Shown here: positions 25,730 to 39,388 of the stretch, piece by piece
How positions within the stretch are numbered: position 1 is the stretch's first letter
Layout of the letters: each line of letters opens with the position of its first letter
The notes under the pieces: generated by a model
Seen by the model: the letters and a program-made list of their open reading frames with translations, nothing else
What the model was told of the DNA's origin: nothing
Database searches by the model: none
Program-made: the position numbers and the translations under genes
Source of the DNA: the human T2T-CHM13v2.0 reference genome, Homo sapiens
Strand: one strand, 5' to 3'
Length of the DNA stretch: 64,000 nt
Assembly (NCBI RefSeq): GCF_009914755.1
Contig: NC_060929.1

Positions 25730-25821
25730 AGATTTGCTGTATTTCTATGCTTTTTTCTACTCTTGATTATTTCTTTCTCTAGAATTAACTGTCGGCATTT
25801 TGAGCTTTTCATACATCTATG

Positions 25822-26688
25822 TGATAGCAGCAGGAGGCAGACAAACGCCTAAGCAGATAGGGGCGGGTCCCTGGTGAAACTCCTTCAAGCTCAAAAAACA
25901 GCCTGAAGGCTGAAAGACTGGACTGCTGGTCCCAGATGAAGCCCGCGACCCAGAGTGAGAACTTCTGTTCCTGTTTACTTCCCCTTTCCCTATTGATTCT
26001 TTCTGAATAAGGCCTCTTAACCAATTGAATGTTGCCTTTTCCAGTACCACCTATGGCCTGCCCTTCCTCTATTCTGAGCCCATAGGTGTCCAGGACTGCC
26101 CGGGACTCAGCCACACTGGGGGATCTTTTCAGTCTTTGGGTAGGGAGACCACCCCCCCATCCCTTCTCCGCAGAAAGCTGTTTCATCACTCAATAAAACT
26201 CTGCCTTGCTCACTCTTCAATTGTCAGCATATCTTCATTCTTCTTGGGCGCCAGACGAGAGCTCAGGACCCACTGAGTGTGGGTACCCCAAAAGGCTGTC
26301 CCATTGCCCTTTTGCCCTTGCCAGCAGAGGGCAGCTGCCCCACGCAATGGGGCCAGGGGCCGATTGAGCTGTGAACACACCATGTCCATTGGGCGGTGGA
26401 CAGCACAATTAAAAGAGCTAATGAACACACTAACACCCTGCTGGGGCTTCAGGGTTGTGGGTACCCTTGCCTGGGTGCTGCCACATTCCCCTTGAGGTGA
26501 CATGCCTGGTCTGGCTGTGAGCCCCGCAGGTAGCTTGAACCTTTGTCGGTGCTTGGAGTGGCTGGCCGGATCCTGCACTCACTCACTCGGGCGCTCCCTC
26601 CCACAAGGGGCTGAGCATGGCAGGCAGAGTAGACGGGGTACCCCTGCTGCAAGTCTTTTATAGAGGCTGGGAGAAAATTCCTGTGTCA
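25822..26688 (+). mobile_element. ERV1 solo LTR (LTR27/LTR28/MER52/MER61 group)
   Basis: TGATAGCAGCAGGAGGCAG...AAATTCCTGTGTCA with AATAAA at ~26192; same architecture as the LTR at 7400. Confidence 0.8.
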
Positions 26689-29600
26689 TTTGGGAAAGTC
26701 ACACATTGATCTTATATCTCTGAGCCATGTTGTCCAATTCAAAGCAATTTGGCACCACATTTTCAACTGGGTCTTTGTCCTAAATCTAGTTAAATTTATT
26801 TTGTGGTTTTAGCAATGCATGTGAGGACTATACTATTGATTTGATTCTTGCTACAAAATTAAATTTTAATTGTCATTGTTTCCTCAAAGACTTTCTCAGT
26901 TTAATTTTTTTCTAGTAGCTGATGAAAAGTGGTTGCATTTTCATTTTTCAGCTCTGAAAGTTCCCAAATTTCAGGACTCTCCTGATTTCTTGTTCCTGTT
27001 CTAAAAGCAGCAAATTATTTCCTGACAGACCCTCCTCCTTGCAGTAAGTTGCCAAACTCAGCCAACAACTCAGCCAACAACAACAAAAACACACTGGTAA
27101 TATTTTGTTTTTTAACCTTTTCCCTTCAAGCTACAAATTCATTAAGTAAATATCTTTTAAGTTATTAACTCAACTGACATTTTACAGGGTCTAATAGCAG
27201 TTTCTCTATTGCTTGCTATGTGGTCCCTAAACCAGTGCCACATATTTCTAGTCAGGAGAGGTTACATTGTCCTTGTGTAATGACACAGCCCAAAATATCA
27301 GTAATTTAGTAGAACAGTTTATTTTTTGTTGCTATTACATTTCCTTGTGGTTAATGGAATGCGAAGTGAGGATAGGAAGGGAGTGCCTTCTCAGAAGAGA
27401 CCCAGGTGAATAACTCTCTTGAATGTAGCTGTTCCCCCAGTCCAAAGGAGAGATTTTTGGAGGGTTCTTTATCAACCATTATATATTCTGTTACAAAAGT
27501 GACTTATGCCACTTCCTACTTGCAGGTCATTGGCTACAATTATTGACACAGTTGCACCCAGTGACAAAGGGGCCAAGAAATGCAGTTCTCCCATGTGCAC
27601 TCAGGTGGAAAACATCATGAATGGCTGAGGCAACATGGTTGCTACCAGAGTTAGGAAAGGAAAAGATCATGAAACTAACCTCCCAAGCAATGGGTAGCCT
27701 GCTCGATGTTGACCCCTGCCAGGGGAGGAAATAATATTTAATTGTAAATAATGTTCAGAGTTTTGATTATTGCATTATATTGATCACCCTAAGTTGATTA
27801 TGTTTTATGACTCTAGGTGTCATTGGACTGTTTATTATCAAATAGCAAGAAAAAAATTATGGATCTATCTACAGTTTTCATTCTATGGCCCTACTGGATA
27901 AATTTCAAGGTGACAGATGTGAGACACAAACAAATTTTCCTTTTGATGACAAGAGTTGTACCTGTTTGGCCATTAAATGACCATTTAAATCACCATTAAA
28001 CGCCCACCTCCATCATCATCATCAGTTGCACTTATGTTTATGAAAGCCATGGATTGGTGAGCACATCAGCTCAAGCTCGCCTAGCTGTCATCGGTCAATA
28101 ATCCATAAAGGAGAAGGAAAAATTTCCTCCAGAATCAAAACCCATGCCTGGCTCTTTGATTGAAAGTACCATACAACAATTCATTTTTAAGTTTTTTTTT
28201 TTAATTCTCCGAAGCACTCTGTCTCAGATTGCAAGTACTTTGGTTGCAAGCACTACCAGGTGACTTTGGCAAAATTAAGCTAAAATATATTTAATGGGTG
28301 CACATGAGGTAGCTCAGAGGGTTTAAATGAGGGCTAAAGAACTAAACTTGAAACAGATATGAAAAGGAAGCTGTAGAGACTCAGTGGCACTGATTGTTAG
28401 GTTGTTTCTACATTGCTAAGATGAATAAACAAATTCCAAATTTTCTCTTGTCTTAGTCACTCCTCTAATGATTCAATTTCTGAAGAGAGAGGGTTGATTG
28501 GTTAAACTTAGTTTGATTACTTGCCCACTCATTCTTTACTGTATCTTTGCAGTGAGAAGAATTATGTAGTTTTGATGGAAGAAGCCTCCAGGGTTACAAA
28601 TTTTCTCTTCTTCTGTTGGTGGCAGAGCACAGTACCTTATGTTACCATTCTTAGGAACAGTGATAGTGGTTGTGTGGTAGCCATAAAACAAAACAAAAAT
28701 GCCTGTAATCAGTTCACCTTGTTGTATGAATGTAAAATGTTTGAAGAATATAACTTTAATATTTTTCTCCTTAATGTAAAGAGCAACATTTTCAGAAAAA
28801 TATTCTGGGAAGAAGTTTTGGGTCAATAACATGCTTCCTAGGTAAATTATCAACAACAAGGTACAAAAAGACATGCTTGAAAAAAATGATAAAATCATCT
28901 TATCTAAGCCACTTGATTCTTGATCCCCTCTTTCCTGGTATTGCATTCTGCTTTGAAAACCAAGCAGAGTAGCAACTAAAAGTTTCAGGCTTTATAAAGA
29001 CATGTCTTTGGGAAAATTTCCTGCTCTGTCCCCAGATTTAGCCATTCCCTAGATGCTGGTAACCTAATGTAATTTCCTCAATGCAAATCAACTGATTTAT
29101 TTGAGCCTTTCCCTGACCCTGACTATTAATTCTTGATGGAGGCGAGGCCCCGAGGTTGGTAATGCGATGGTAGCGGACGGAGTGAATTATGATTGTGTTG
29201 ATTTCTTGGAGCCTTCTATAACACGTTGAAGGATTATTCAATGCCTTGTCATTACAAATAAGCTAGTACAAAACAAAGATGCAGTATTCATTCGATCTAT
29301 AATACAAGTATTAGAGCTAACATGGTAGAATGGGGGAAGCTCTAGAAAAAAAGGAAAACTATGTTTTCTTTCTGCATGAAAGACAGCAAGAAAAAGCTAC
29401 TTTAACATGCATTGTGTGTTGATGTTTTCTGTGCATTTCTCTGTCTATGCATAAAAAATTAAACCTTTTGACTGGTTAGCAGTTGGCCATGATTCATTTT
29501 TATTCACCACTGTCCATAACTGGATTAAATAATTATAATTCATCTTAACCATCTGAGACTCTCCCTGACATTTGGATGCCTCTGCCCTGCTGCTCACTTA

Positions 29601-31053
29601 TGCTTAAGTTTGTACCTGCTCATTAACTGATTTGTCCTAAAAATAACTTTGAAAGTCTCAGTTCCTGAGCTGTTAGCAGTTAGCCTACAAAGCTAAGGTT
29701 ATAAAATCAGCATCTGGCTAGAGCTCAAAAAGCTGACTCTGTTCTCATTTTTAAGGCTAAGATAAAGAAATGTATATTTAAACCTGCTTCTAATTAGCTC
29801 TTAAACTGTAAATCACTGAAGGCTATCATGAAGGAGGTGTCTCATCGTACTGAAGGGTTTGTTACTTCATTCCTGGCTTCAGAATTCATTATGAATTAGA
29901 CATGTGAAAGCTACCATCTCTTGCCTATCCCACAAAATCTCAAGGTAAAACACGTAGTAATGGCACTCTGTTTTGTGGTTAAATATTTCCATGCAGAAGT
30001 TTTGCATTTTTAAGAAATAAACTTATCAACCTACTTTAAATTGATTTAATTCTAGATATTTCAGAATCACTGCATTTGGGAGTGCCAGAATTTATTTGAT
30101 AATATTTGCATTTCATCTTTAAGTATTTACAAGTTTGGCTAAAACAATTCTTAACTTTTATAGCAAAAGACAATTCAGAGATAATTCCATGTATATAAAT
30201 ATTCTAGAGAAAAGAAACATTTTCTCTTTCTCCTATGTTCACATGGGGGCATAATGGGTAATTTCCTTTCTGAAAAAGAAGCAAAACTACTTTATATTTT
30301 AATACTAATTAATTAGACATTTAATTCAATTAAATAGACTGGTTAGCAAAATCAAGCTGTGGTGAAGAGTAGAGGACAAAGTTGAACAATTTGAAATATT
30401 AGAGTTTACAGTTAAATTGTATAATATTTTGTATAAGTCTTCATCCACTGATTTGTCACTTGTAGTTTGTACAATTGTTGGTTCACAAAACATTATTTTG
30501 TATTCTAAACTACGTGACGACAGACATCTTTAAGTGCTTCTCTTTTTATATCTAGTGAATAACTTAGCATATATAATGAGCTAGATAAAAATGCTTATTA
30601 AGGGTATTAATATTCTATAATTTTTAATAAATTATCATCCTAAATATTTATACAATTCTCATAGTGTGTTGTCTCTTTTTGTCTCTAAGAAGAGACTATT
30701 TATCTGAATAAAGTTTAATACACAGGTACAATATGAATTTTCTTCCTAAGTCTCAGTTACCTCAGGTTAAATGACATTTCAAACAGAGACTATAACTGTT
30801 TTTATTATTTTGTTGTTCCTTATTATTGTTATAAAATAAAGCATAAATAATATAAATTAAAACATTTCAGAGAGATGCAGAGAAAAGTGAAATTTATGCT
30901 TAATAAACATGATATCCCACTATACTGATTAGTACAACAGCCATAAGCAATATTTTATGTTTATTCAGAAACTTCGCAAGTATGCACATGTAGCTGTAAT
31001 TATTGTAGAGATATAAAGGAAAAATACATACACATATAATATGCATAAAGTAC

Positions 31054-31401
31054 TGTTATGGACTGAATTGTATTCCCCCACAAATTCATATGTTGAAGCC
31101 TTATCCCCCAATGTGCTTATAGTAGGAGACTGGACCTTTGAGGCCATCAGGGTGGGGCCCTGGGATTAATGACTTTATAATAAAGAGACACGAGAGAGCT
31201 TGCTTGCTTTCCTTCTGCCATTTGAGAACATAGCAAGAGGGAAGTCTTCTGTCTGCAAGTCAGGAAGGGGGCCCTCACTAGGAACTGATTATGCTGGCAA
31301 TTTGATCTCAGACTTTCAGCTTCCAGAACTGTAAAAAATAAATTTATGTTGTTTAAGCCTCACAATCTATGTCGTTATGGCAACCCAAGTTGACTCAAAC
31401 A
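31054..31401 (+). mobile_element. MLT1A-type MaLR LTR
   Basis: TGTTATGGACTGAATTG...AATTCATATGTTGAAGCC...GACTCAAACA. Confidence 0.8.
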
Positions 31402-34400
31402 GGTGTGATATAAAGGGGATGTATATGTCCCTTGAAAACTACTTTTGCATTTGAAGTTTTCTATCCAATGACAAAACTGAGAGATCCGTTCATATCAACA
31501 TATATGAAGATAGTTAATCACTGATCAGGATTCTGTCATACAAAATTATAATTTAACTTACCAAGTCCCTATAGATAAACATGTACGTTGATTCTGGATC
31601 TCAGCTATTACGGACAACATTTTAGTGTACATTCTTGTAGGCACATCTTTGAGTAAAGCAGAATATATTTCTATGGTAGAATCCTAGAAATGCTTCTATA
31701 ATTCTATCTAAATGATTCTATGATATAATCATAGAAATGATCCTCTGGGTAGATACCCAGTAGTGAGATTGCTGGATCAAATGGTGAATCTACTCTTAGT
31801 TCTTTAAGGAATCTCCATACTGTTTTCCACAGTTGTTGTACTAAGATTTTGGTGCACCTATCACTCGAGCAGTGTCCACTGCACCCAATATATATAGTCT
31901 TTTATCCCTCACCTCCCTCCCACCCTTCTCCCTGAGTCCCTAAAGTCCATTGTTTCCTTCTTATGCCTTTGCGTCCTCATAGCTTAGCTCTGACTTATAA
32001 GTGAGAATATATGACATTTGGTTTTCTATTCCTGAGTTACTTCACTTAGAATAATGGTCTCCAGTTCCAACCAGGTTGCCGTAAATGTCATTATTTCATT
32101 CCTTTTATGGATGAGTAGTATTCCATGGTGTATATGTATGTGTGTGTGTGTGTATCATTTTCTTTATCCACTTGTTCTTTGATGGGCATTTGGACTGGTT
32201 CCATATTTTCACAATTGTGAATTGTGCTGGTATAAACATGCATGTGCAAATGTCTTTTTCATATAAAGACTTCTTTTCCTCTGGGTCAATACCTAGTAGG
32301 GGGATTGCTGGATCAAATGGTGGATCTACTTTTAGTTCTTTAAAGTATCTTCATACTGTTTTCCATAGTTATTGTACTAATTTACATTCCTACCAGAAGT
32401 GTAAAAGTGTTCCCTTTTCATCACCTCACAACATCTATTTTTTTTTTATTTTAAAATTATGGCCATTCTTGCATGAGTAAGGTGATATTGCATTGTGGTT
32501 TTGATTTGAATTTCCCTGATAATTAGTGGTGTTGAGCATTTTTTTCATATGTTTGTTGGCCATTTGTCTATTTCTTTTTGAGAATTGTCTATTCATGTCC
32601 TTAGCCCACTTTTTGATGTGATTATTATTTTTTTTTCTTGCTGATTTGTTTAAGTTACTTGTGGCTTCTGGATACTAGTCCTTTGTCAAACGCATAGTTT
32701 GCAATGATTTTCTCCCATTCTGTGGGATGTCTGTTTACTCTGCTGATTATTTCTTTTGCTGTTCAGAAGCTTTTTAGCTTTATTAAGTATAATCTATTTA
32801 TCTTTGTTTTTGTTTTTGTTGAATTTGCTTTTGGTTTATTGGTCGTGAAATCTTTGCCTAAGCAAATGTCTAGAATTTTTATGGTTTCAGGCCTTAGATT
32901 TAAGTCTTTAATTCATCTTGAGTTGACTTTTGTGTAAGGTAAGAGATGAGGATCCAGTCTCATTCTTCTACATGTGACTTGCCAATTATCCCAACACCAT
33001 TTGTTGAATAGAGTATCCTTTCCCCACTTCATGTTTTTGTTTGCTTTGTTGAAGATCAAAGTATTTGGCTTTATTTCTGAGATCTCTATTCTATTCCATT
33101 GGTCTACGTGCCTAGTTTTATACCAGTACTATGCTGTTTTGGTGAATATAGCCTTGTAGTATATTTTGACACTGGGTAAAGTGCTGCCTCCCAATTTGCT
33201 TTTTTTGCTTAGTCTTGCTTTGGCTCTGCAGGCTCATTTTTGGCTCCATATGAATTTTATGATTGTTTTATCTAGTTCTGTGAAGAATGAAGGTGGTATT
33301 TTGATGGTAATTGTATTGAATTTGTAGATTGATTTTGGCAGCATGGTCATTTTCACAATATTGATTTTACCCATCCATGAGCATGGGATGTGTTTCCATT
33401 TGTTTGTGACATCTATGATTTCTTTCAGTAGTGTTTCATAGTTTTCTTTGTAGAGGTTTTTTTACCTCCCAGTTTAGGTATATTCCTAAGTATTTTATTT
33501 GTTTTTCAGCTATTGTAAAAAGGGTTGAGTTCTTGATTTGATTCTCAGCTTGGTGTATAGCAGTGCTACTGATATGTATACATCGATTTTTGTATCCTGA
33601 AACTTTACTGAATTCATTTATTAGATCTAGGAGCTGTTTGGATGAGTCTTTAGGGTTTTCTAGGTATGCAGTCATATCATCAGCAGTGACCATTTGACTT
33701 CCACTTTACCAAACTGAATGCCTTTTTTATTTCTTTCTGGTATCTGATTGCTCTGGATAACACTTTCAGTACTATGTTGAATAGAAGTGGTGAAAGTGGG
33801 CATCTTTGTCTTGTTTCAGTTCTCAGGAGGAATGCTTTCCACTTTTCCCCATTTAGTATAATGTTGGCTGTGGGTTTATCGTAGATGACTTTTATTACCT
33901 TTAGGTATGTCCCTTCTATGCCAATTTTGCTAAGGGTTTTACTCATAAAGGGATGCAGATTTTGTCACATGCTTTTTCTTCATCTATTGAGATGATAAAG
34001 TAATTTTTGTTTTCAATTATGTTTATGTGGTGTATTACATTTATTGACTTGTGTATGTTAAACCATTCCTGCATCCCTGATATGAAACCCACTTAATCAT
34101 GGTGTGTTATCTATTTGATTCTGCTGGAGTCAGTTAGCTATTATTTTGTTGAGGATTTTTGCATCTATGTTTATTAGGAATGTTGGTCTGTAGTTTTCTT
34201 TTTTTGTTATGTCCGTTCCTGATTTTGGTATTAAGGTGATACTGGTTTCATAGAATGATTTAGGGAGGATTCCCTCTTTCTCTATTTTGGAATAGTTTCA
34301 ATAGGATTATCACCAATTCTTCTTTGAATGTCTGATAGAATTCAGCTGTGAATTAATCTCATCCTGAACTCTTTTTTGTTGGCCAATTTTTTATTACCAT

Positions 34401-35263
34401 TTCAATCTCACTGCTTGTTATTAATCTGTTCAGAGTTTCTATTTCTTCCTGGTTTAATCTAGAAGGATTGTATATTTCCAGGAATTTATCTATCTCCTCT
34501 AGGTTTTCTAGTTAGTGTGCATAAAGATATTCATAGTAGCCTTGAATGATCTTTTGTATTTCTGTGGTATTGGTTGTAATATCTCCTCTTTCATTTCTAA
34601 TTGAGATTATTTGGATTTTCTCTCTTTTTCTTCGTTAATCTTGCTAATGGTGTATCTATTTTGTCTATCTTTTGAAAGAACAGACTTTTTATTTATCTTT
34701 CGTATTGCTTTTTTTAAAATTTCATTTAGTTCTGCTCTGATCTTTGTTATTTCTTTTCTTCTGCTGTGTTTGGGTTTGGTTTGTTCTTGTTTCTCTAGTT
34801 CCTTGACGTGTGACCTTAGATTGCCTATTTGTGCTCTTTCAGGCTTTTTGATGTAGGTATTTAATGCTATAAACCTTCCTCTTAGCACTGCTTTTGCTGT
34901 ATCCCAGAGGTTCTGATAGGTTTTGTCACTAGTATAATTCAGTTCAAATAATTTTTTAATTTCAATCATGATTTCATTGTTGACCTAACAATCATTTGGA
35001 GCAGATTACTTAATTTTCATGTATTTGCATGGTTTTGAGTGTTCCTTTCTGAGTTGATTTTTAATTTTCTTCCACTGTAGTTTGAGAGAGTACTTGATAT
35101 GATTTCAGTTTTCTTAAGTTTATTGAGACTTCTTTTGTAACTTGTCATATGGTCTATCTTAGAGAATGCTCTGTGTGCTGATGAATAGAATGTATATTTG
35201 GCAGTTGTTAGGTAGAATGCTCTGTAAATATTCATTACATTTATATGTTCTAGGGTATAGTTT

Positions 35264-35729
35264 TGTTATAGGAAAGCAAGTTTATTAAGAAAGTAAAGGA
35301 ATAAAAGGATGACTACTCCATAGAGCAGCACCAAGGGCTGCTGGTTGCCCATTTTTATGCTTATTTTTTGATGATATGGTAAACAAGGGGTGGATTATTC
35401 ATGCCTCCCCTTTCTCGACCACATAGGGTAACTTCTTGCCATTGCCATGGCATTTGTAAACTGTCATGGCACTGGTGGGAGTGTAGCAGTGAGGACGTCT
35501 AGAGGTCACTCTCGTCGCCATTTTGGTTTTGGTCAGTTTTGGCCGGCTCCTTTACTGTAAACTGTTTTATCAGCAAGGTCTTTATGATCTGTATTTTGGG
35601 CTGACCTCCTATCTGATCCTTTGACTTAGAATGCCTTAACCATCTGAGAATGCAGCCCAGTAGGTTTCAGCCCCATTTTACCCAGCTCCTATTTAAGATG
35701 GCATTGCTCTGGTTCACACGCCTCTGACA
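35264..35729 (-). mobile_element. MER41A solo LTR with a U5 deletion
   Basis: Reverse of TGTCAGAGGCGTGTGAACCAGAGCAA...; 4-bp TSD GTTT. Confidence 0.88.
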
Positions 35730-38682
35730 GTTTAAGTCCATTGTTTCTTTGCTGACTTTCTGTCTTGATGGCCTGTCTAATGCTGTCAGTGGAGTATTTA
35801 AGTCCTCCATTATTATCGTGTTGCTGTCTATCTCATTTCTTAGGTATAGTAGTAATTGTTTTATAAATTTGGGAGCTCCAGTGTAAGGTGTATATATATT
35901 TATGATTATGATATTTTTCCTGTCAGACTAGTCCTTTTATCATATAATGTCCTTCTTTGTTTTTTTTAACTATTGTTTCTTTAAAGTCTGTTTTCTCTGA
36001 TATAAGAATAACTATTCCTGCTCACTTTGGGTGACATGGAATGTCTTTTTCCACCCCTTTACCTTAAGTGTATGTGAGTCCTTATGTTTTAGGTGAGTCT
36101 CTTGAAGACTGCAGATACTTGGTTGGTGATACTTATCCATTCTGCCATTCTGTAGCTTTTAAGTGGAGTATTCAGGCTATTTACATTCAATGTTCAAATT
36201 GAGATGTTAGGTACCGTTGTACTCATTATACTAGTTGTTGCCTGAATACCTTGTTGTTGTTGTTCTATTGTGTTATTGTTTTATAGGCCCTATGAAGTGT
36301 ATGCTTTAAGGAGGTTCTTTTTTGGTGTGTTTTGATGCTTTGTTTCAATAATTAGAGCCGTTTTTAGCAGTTCTTGTGGTACTGGCTTGATTGTGGTAAA
36401 TTCATTCAGCATATGTTTGTCCAAAAAAGACTTTATTCTTCCTTCATTTATGAAGCTTAGTTTGGCCAGATTCAACATTCTTGACTGATAATTGTTTTGT
36501 TCAAAAAGGCTTTAAAGATCAGTCTCCAATCCCTTTTAGCTTGTGGGGTTTCTACTGAGAAATCTGCGTTAATCTGATAGGTTTTCCTTTACAGGTTACC
36601 TGATGTTTTTGCCTCACAGCTCTTAAGATTATTTCCTTTGTCTTGAATTTAGATAACCTGATGACTGTGTACCTAGGTGATGATCATTTTGTGGATAAAT
36701 TTTCTGGGTGTTATTTGAGCTTCTTGTGTTTGGTTGTCTAGAACTCTAGCAATGCCAGGGAAGTTTTTCTCAATTATTCCCTCAAGGAAGTTTTCCAAAC
36801 TTTGATATTTCTCTTCTTCCTTGGGAACACAAATTATTCTTAGGTTTGGTCATTTAGTATAATCCCAATCTTCTTGGAGGCTTTGTTTTTGTTTGTTGGT
36901 TTTTGTTTGTTTGTTTATTCTTTGATGCTTTTTTCCTTATCTTATTGGGTTAATTCAAAAGCCTTGTCTTCAAGCTCTGAAGTTCTTTTTTCTACTTGTT
37001 CTATTCTGTCATTGAAACTTCCCAGTGCATTTTTTATTTCTCTAAGTGTGTCTTTCATTTCCCAGAAGTTGTGATTGTTTTTTTATTCATGCTATCTATT
37101 TTTATGGAGGCTTTTTGGTCCACATCCTGTATTATTCTTCAACTTTCTTTTAGTTCATTTTCACCATTCTCTGGTGCCTCCTTGAGTAGCTTAATAATTG
37201 ACCCTCTGAATTCTTTTTCTGGTAATTCAGAGATTGCTTCTTGGTTTAGATCCATTGCTGGTGACCTAGTGTGATCTTTTGGTGGTACTAAAGAATTTTG
37301 CTTTTTTATATTACCAGAATTGTTTTTCTGGTTCTTTCTCATTTGGGTAGACTGTGTCAGAGGAAAGACCTGGGTCTCAACACACTGCTGTTCAGATATT
37401 TTTTTCCACAGGGTGATCCCTTGATGTGGTATTCTCTCTCTTCCCTTAGGGATGGGGCTTCCTGAGAGCTGGAATACAGTTATTGTTATTGCTCTTCTGG
37501 GTCTAGCCTCTCCACAGAGCTACTGGGCTCTGGGCTGGTACTGGGAAGTGTCTGCACAGAGTCTTGTGACGCAATTCATCTTCAGGTCTCTCAGCAATGG
37601 ATACCAGCACCTGCTTCAGTGAAGGTAACAAGGGAGTAAAGTGGACTCTGTGAGGGTCCTTGGTTACAGTTTTTTTTAGCGTGCTGATTCTTGAATGCTT
37701 GTTGTGCTAGCAGTGAAGCTGTCTTGTGGACAGACGCAAGACCTCTGGTTAGCCAGGATGTTACAGGCGGTGGAATTAACTGTTGTTTTCTCTCTTCTTG
37801 GAGCAGGTTTATTCTTGTATTAATTGCTGTAATGACTTGAGTTGGTTGGCCTCCAGTCAGGAGGTGGCACTTTCAAGAGCGCATTAGTGGTAGTATAGGG
37901 GTATGGGAGCTAGCTCTAAGATCACCCGAATAAATATTTGAATTTCTCAGATGATGGGCAGGGCCATAGAACTCCCAAGAGATTATGTCTTGTGTCTTCA
38001 GCTACCAGAGCGGGTAGAGAAAGACCATTAGGTGGGGGCAGGGTTAGGTGTGTTTGAGCTCAGACTCTCCTTGGGTGAGGCTTGCTGCAGCCACTGTGGG
38101 GGATGAGGGTGTGGTTCTCAGCCTAATGGAGTTATGTTCCTGGGGGGATTATGGCTGCCTCTCCTGCATCATAGAGATCACCAGGGAAGTAGGTGAAAGC
38201 TGGCAGTGACAGGACTCACTCAGTTCCCATGTAGCCAGCAAGGCCAGTCTCACTCCCACCATACCCACCAACAGCACTGAGTTTATATCCAGGCAGCTGG
38301 TAAGGAGGACTGTGATCTTTCCCCAGGCTACGAGCATCCCTGCTGGGATTTCAGACCCTCCTTCTCCCCACCTGTCTTGACTTCTGTGCTCCTATCTGCA
38401 CTTGTAATTCGTGCCTAGCCCGCCTCCCCCCACCCCTCACCCTGCCTGGATTCTGCCCAGGAAAATCTGTGCTCAATTGAAATTATTACAAAGTTCAGCT
38501 GGAAGTTTCCTTCTCCCTGTGGTCCTTCCCCAGTTTCACTGGCAGCCCTCCCCAAGGACCCGTGTGAGATAAAGTCAGAAATGGTTTCCCTGCCAACCAG
38601 GAGTGTCTATAGGGCTCTTCCCACTGCTTCTTCTACTTGTATATTTCCCTCAGCTCTCTAAATTTGTTTTGGCTCTAGGTAA

Positions 38683-39388
38683 TGAAACTGCCTTTGCAAA
38701 ATCATGACTGAGACAGTGAAAAAGGTCTAACTTAACTGACTCCATCTTGTTTCTAACCTCCAAGCTGTCCTTGTTCATTCCAAAGTTAGGCTGAACTAAC
38801 TTTGGGAGAAATTTAATTTATAGTTTATAGTTTAAACAAAGACAGTAACAGCCCTTTCCCAAAGCAGACCTCCTTCTTGCCTGGGGACTAGATTGCCTTT
38901 GTAGGACTAACATTAGCCACAAGATTTGAAATTATGGTTTAGGAGTCATGCAGCTGGAGGCTACAAGATTCTGACCCTTTCTAAACTGCTCCTAAATTCA
39001 GTGCTTGAGATATTTTGCAGACTTGCACTTGATGGATTAGCTGGCATCACCCAGATCAATAAACTGGCTCACCTGATCTTGTGGCCCCACCCAACAACTG
39101 ACTCAGTGCAAGAAGACAGCTTTAACTCCCCATGATTTCATATCTGACACCTGGCTCAGGAGTCAATCAATCAGCACTCCTGGCTCACTGGCTCCCCACA
39201 ACCCACCAAGTTATCCTTAGAAACTCTGCTCCCTGAATGCTGGGGAGACTGATTTGAGTAATAATAAAACTCTGGTCTCCCACACAGCCGCCTCTGCGTG
39301 AATTACTCTTTCTCTATTACAATTCCCCTGTCTTGATGAATCAGCTCTGTCTAGGCAGCAGGCAAGGTGAACCCCGTGGGCGGTTACA
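38683..39388 (+). mobile_element. LTR8 solo LTR
   Basis: TGAAACTGCCTTTGCAAAATCATGACTGAGACAG...GGGCGGTTACA; 4-bp TSD GTAA. Confidence 0.88.

Larger units (their letters stand above)
24342..27650 (-). mobile_element. Ancient MLT1 (J/K-like) MaLR element: two LTR-like ends plus internal remnants
   Basis: MLT1-like segments at ~24342-24710 and ~27250-27650 flanking degenerate sequence; highly diverged. Confidence 0.4.

Noticed and set aside
28521-28946. Hydrophobic 136-aa and 102-aa ORFs
   Set aside because: The composition reflects AT-rich DNA, and no family is recognisable.
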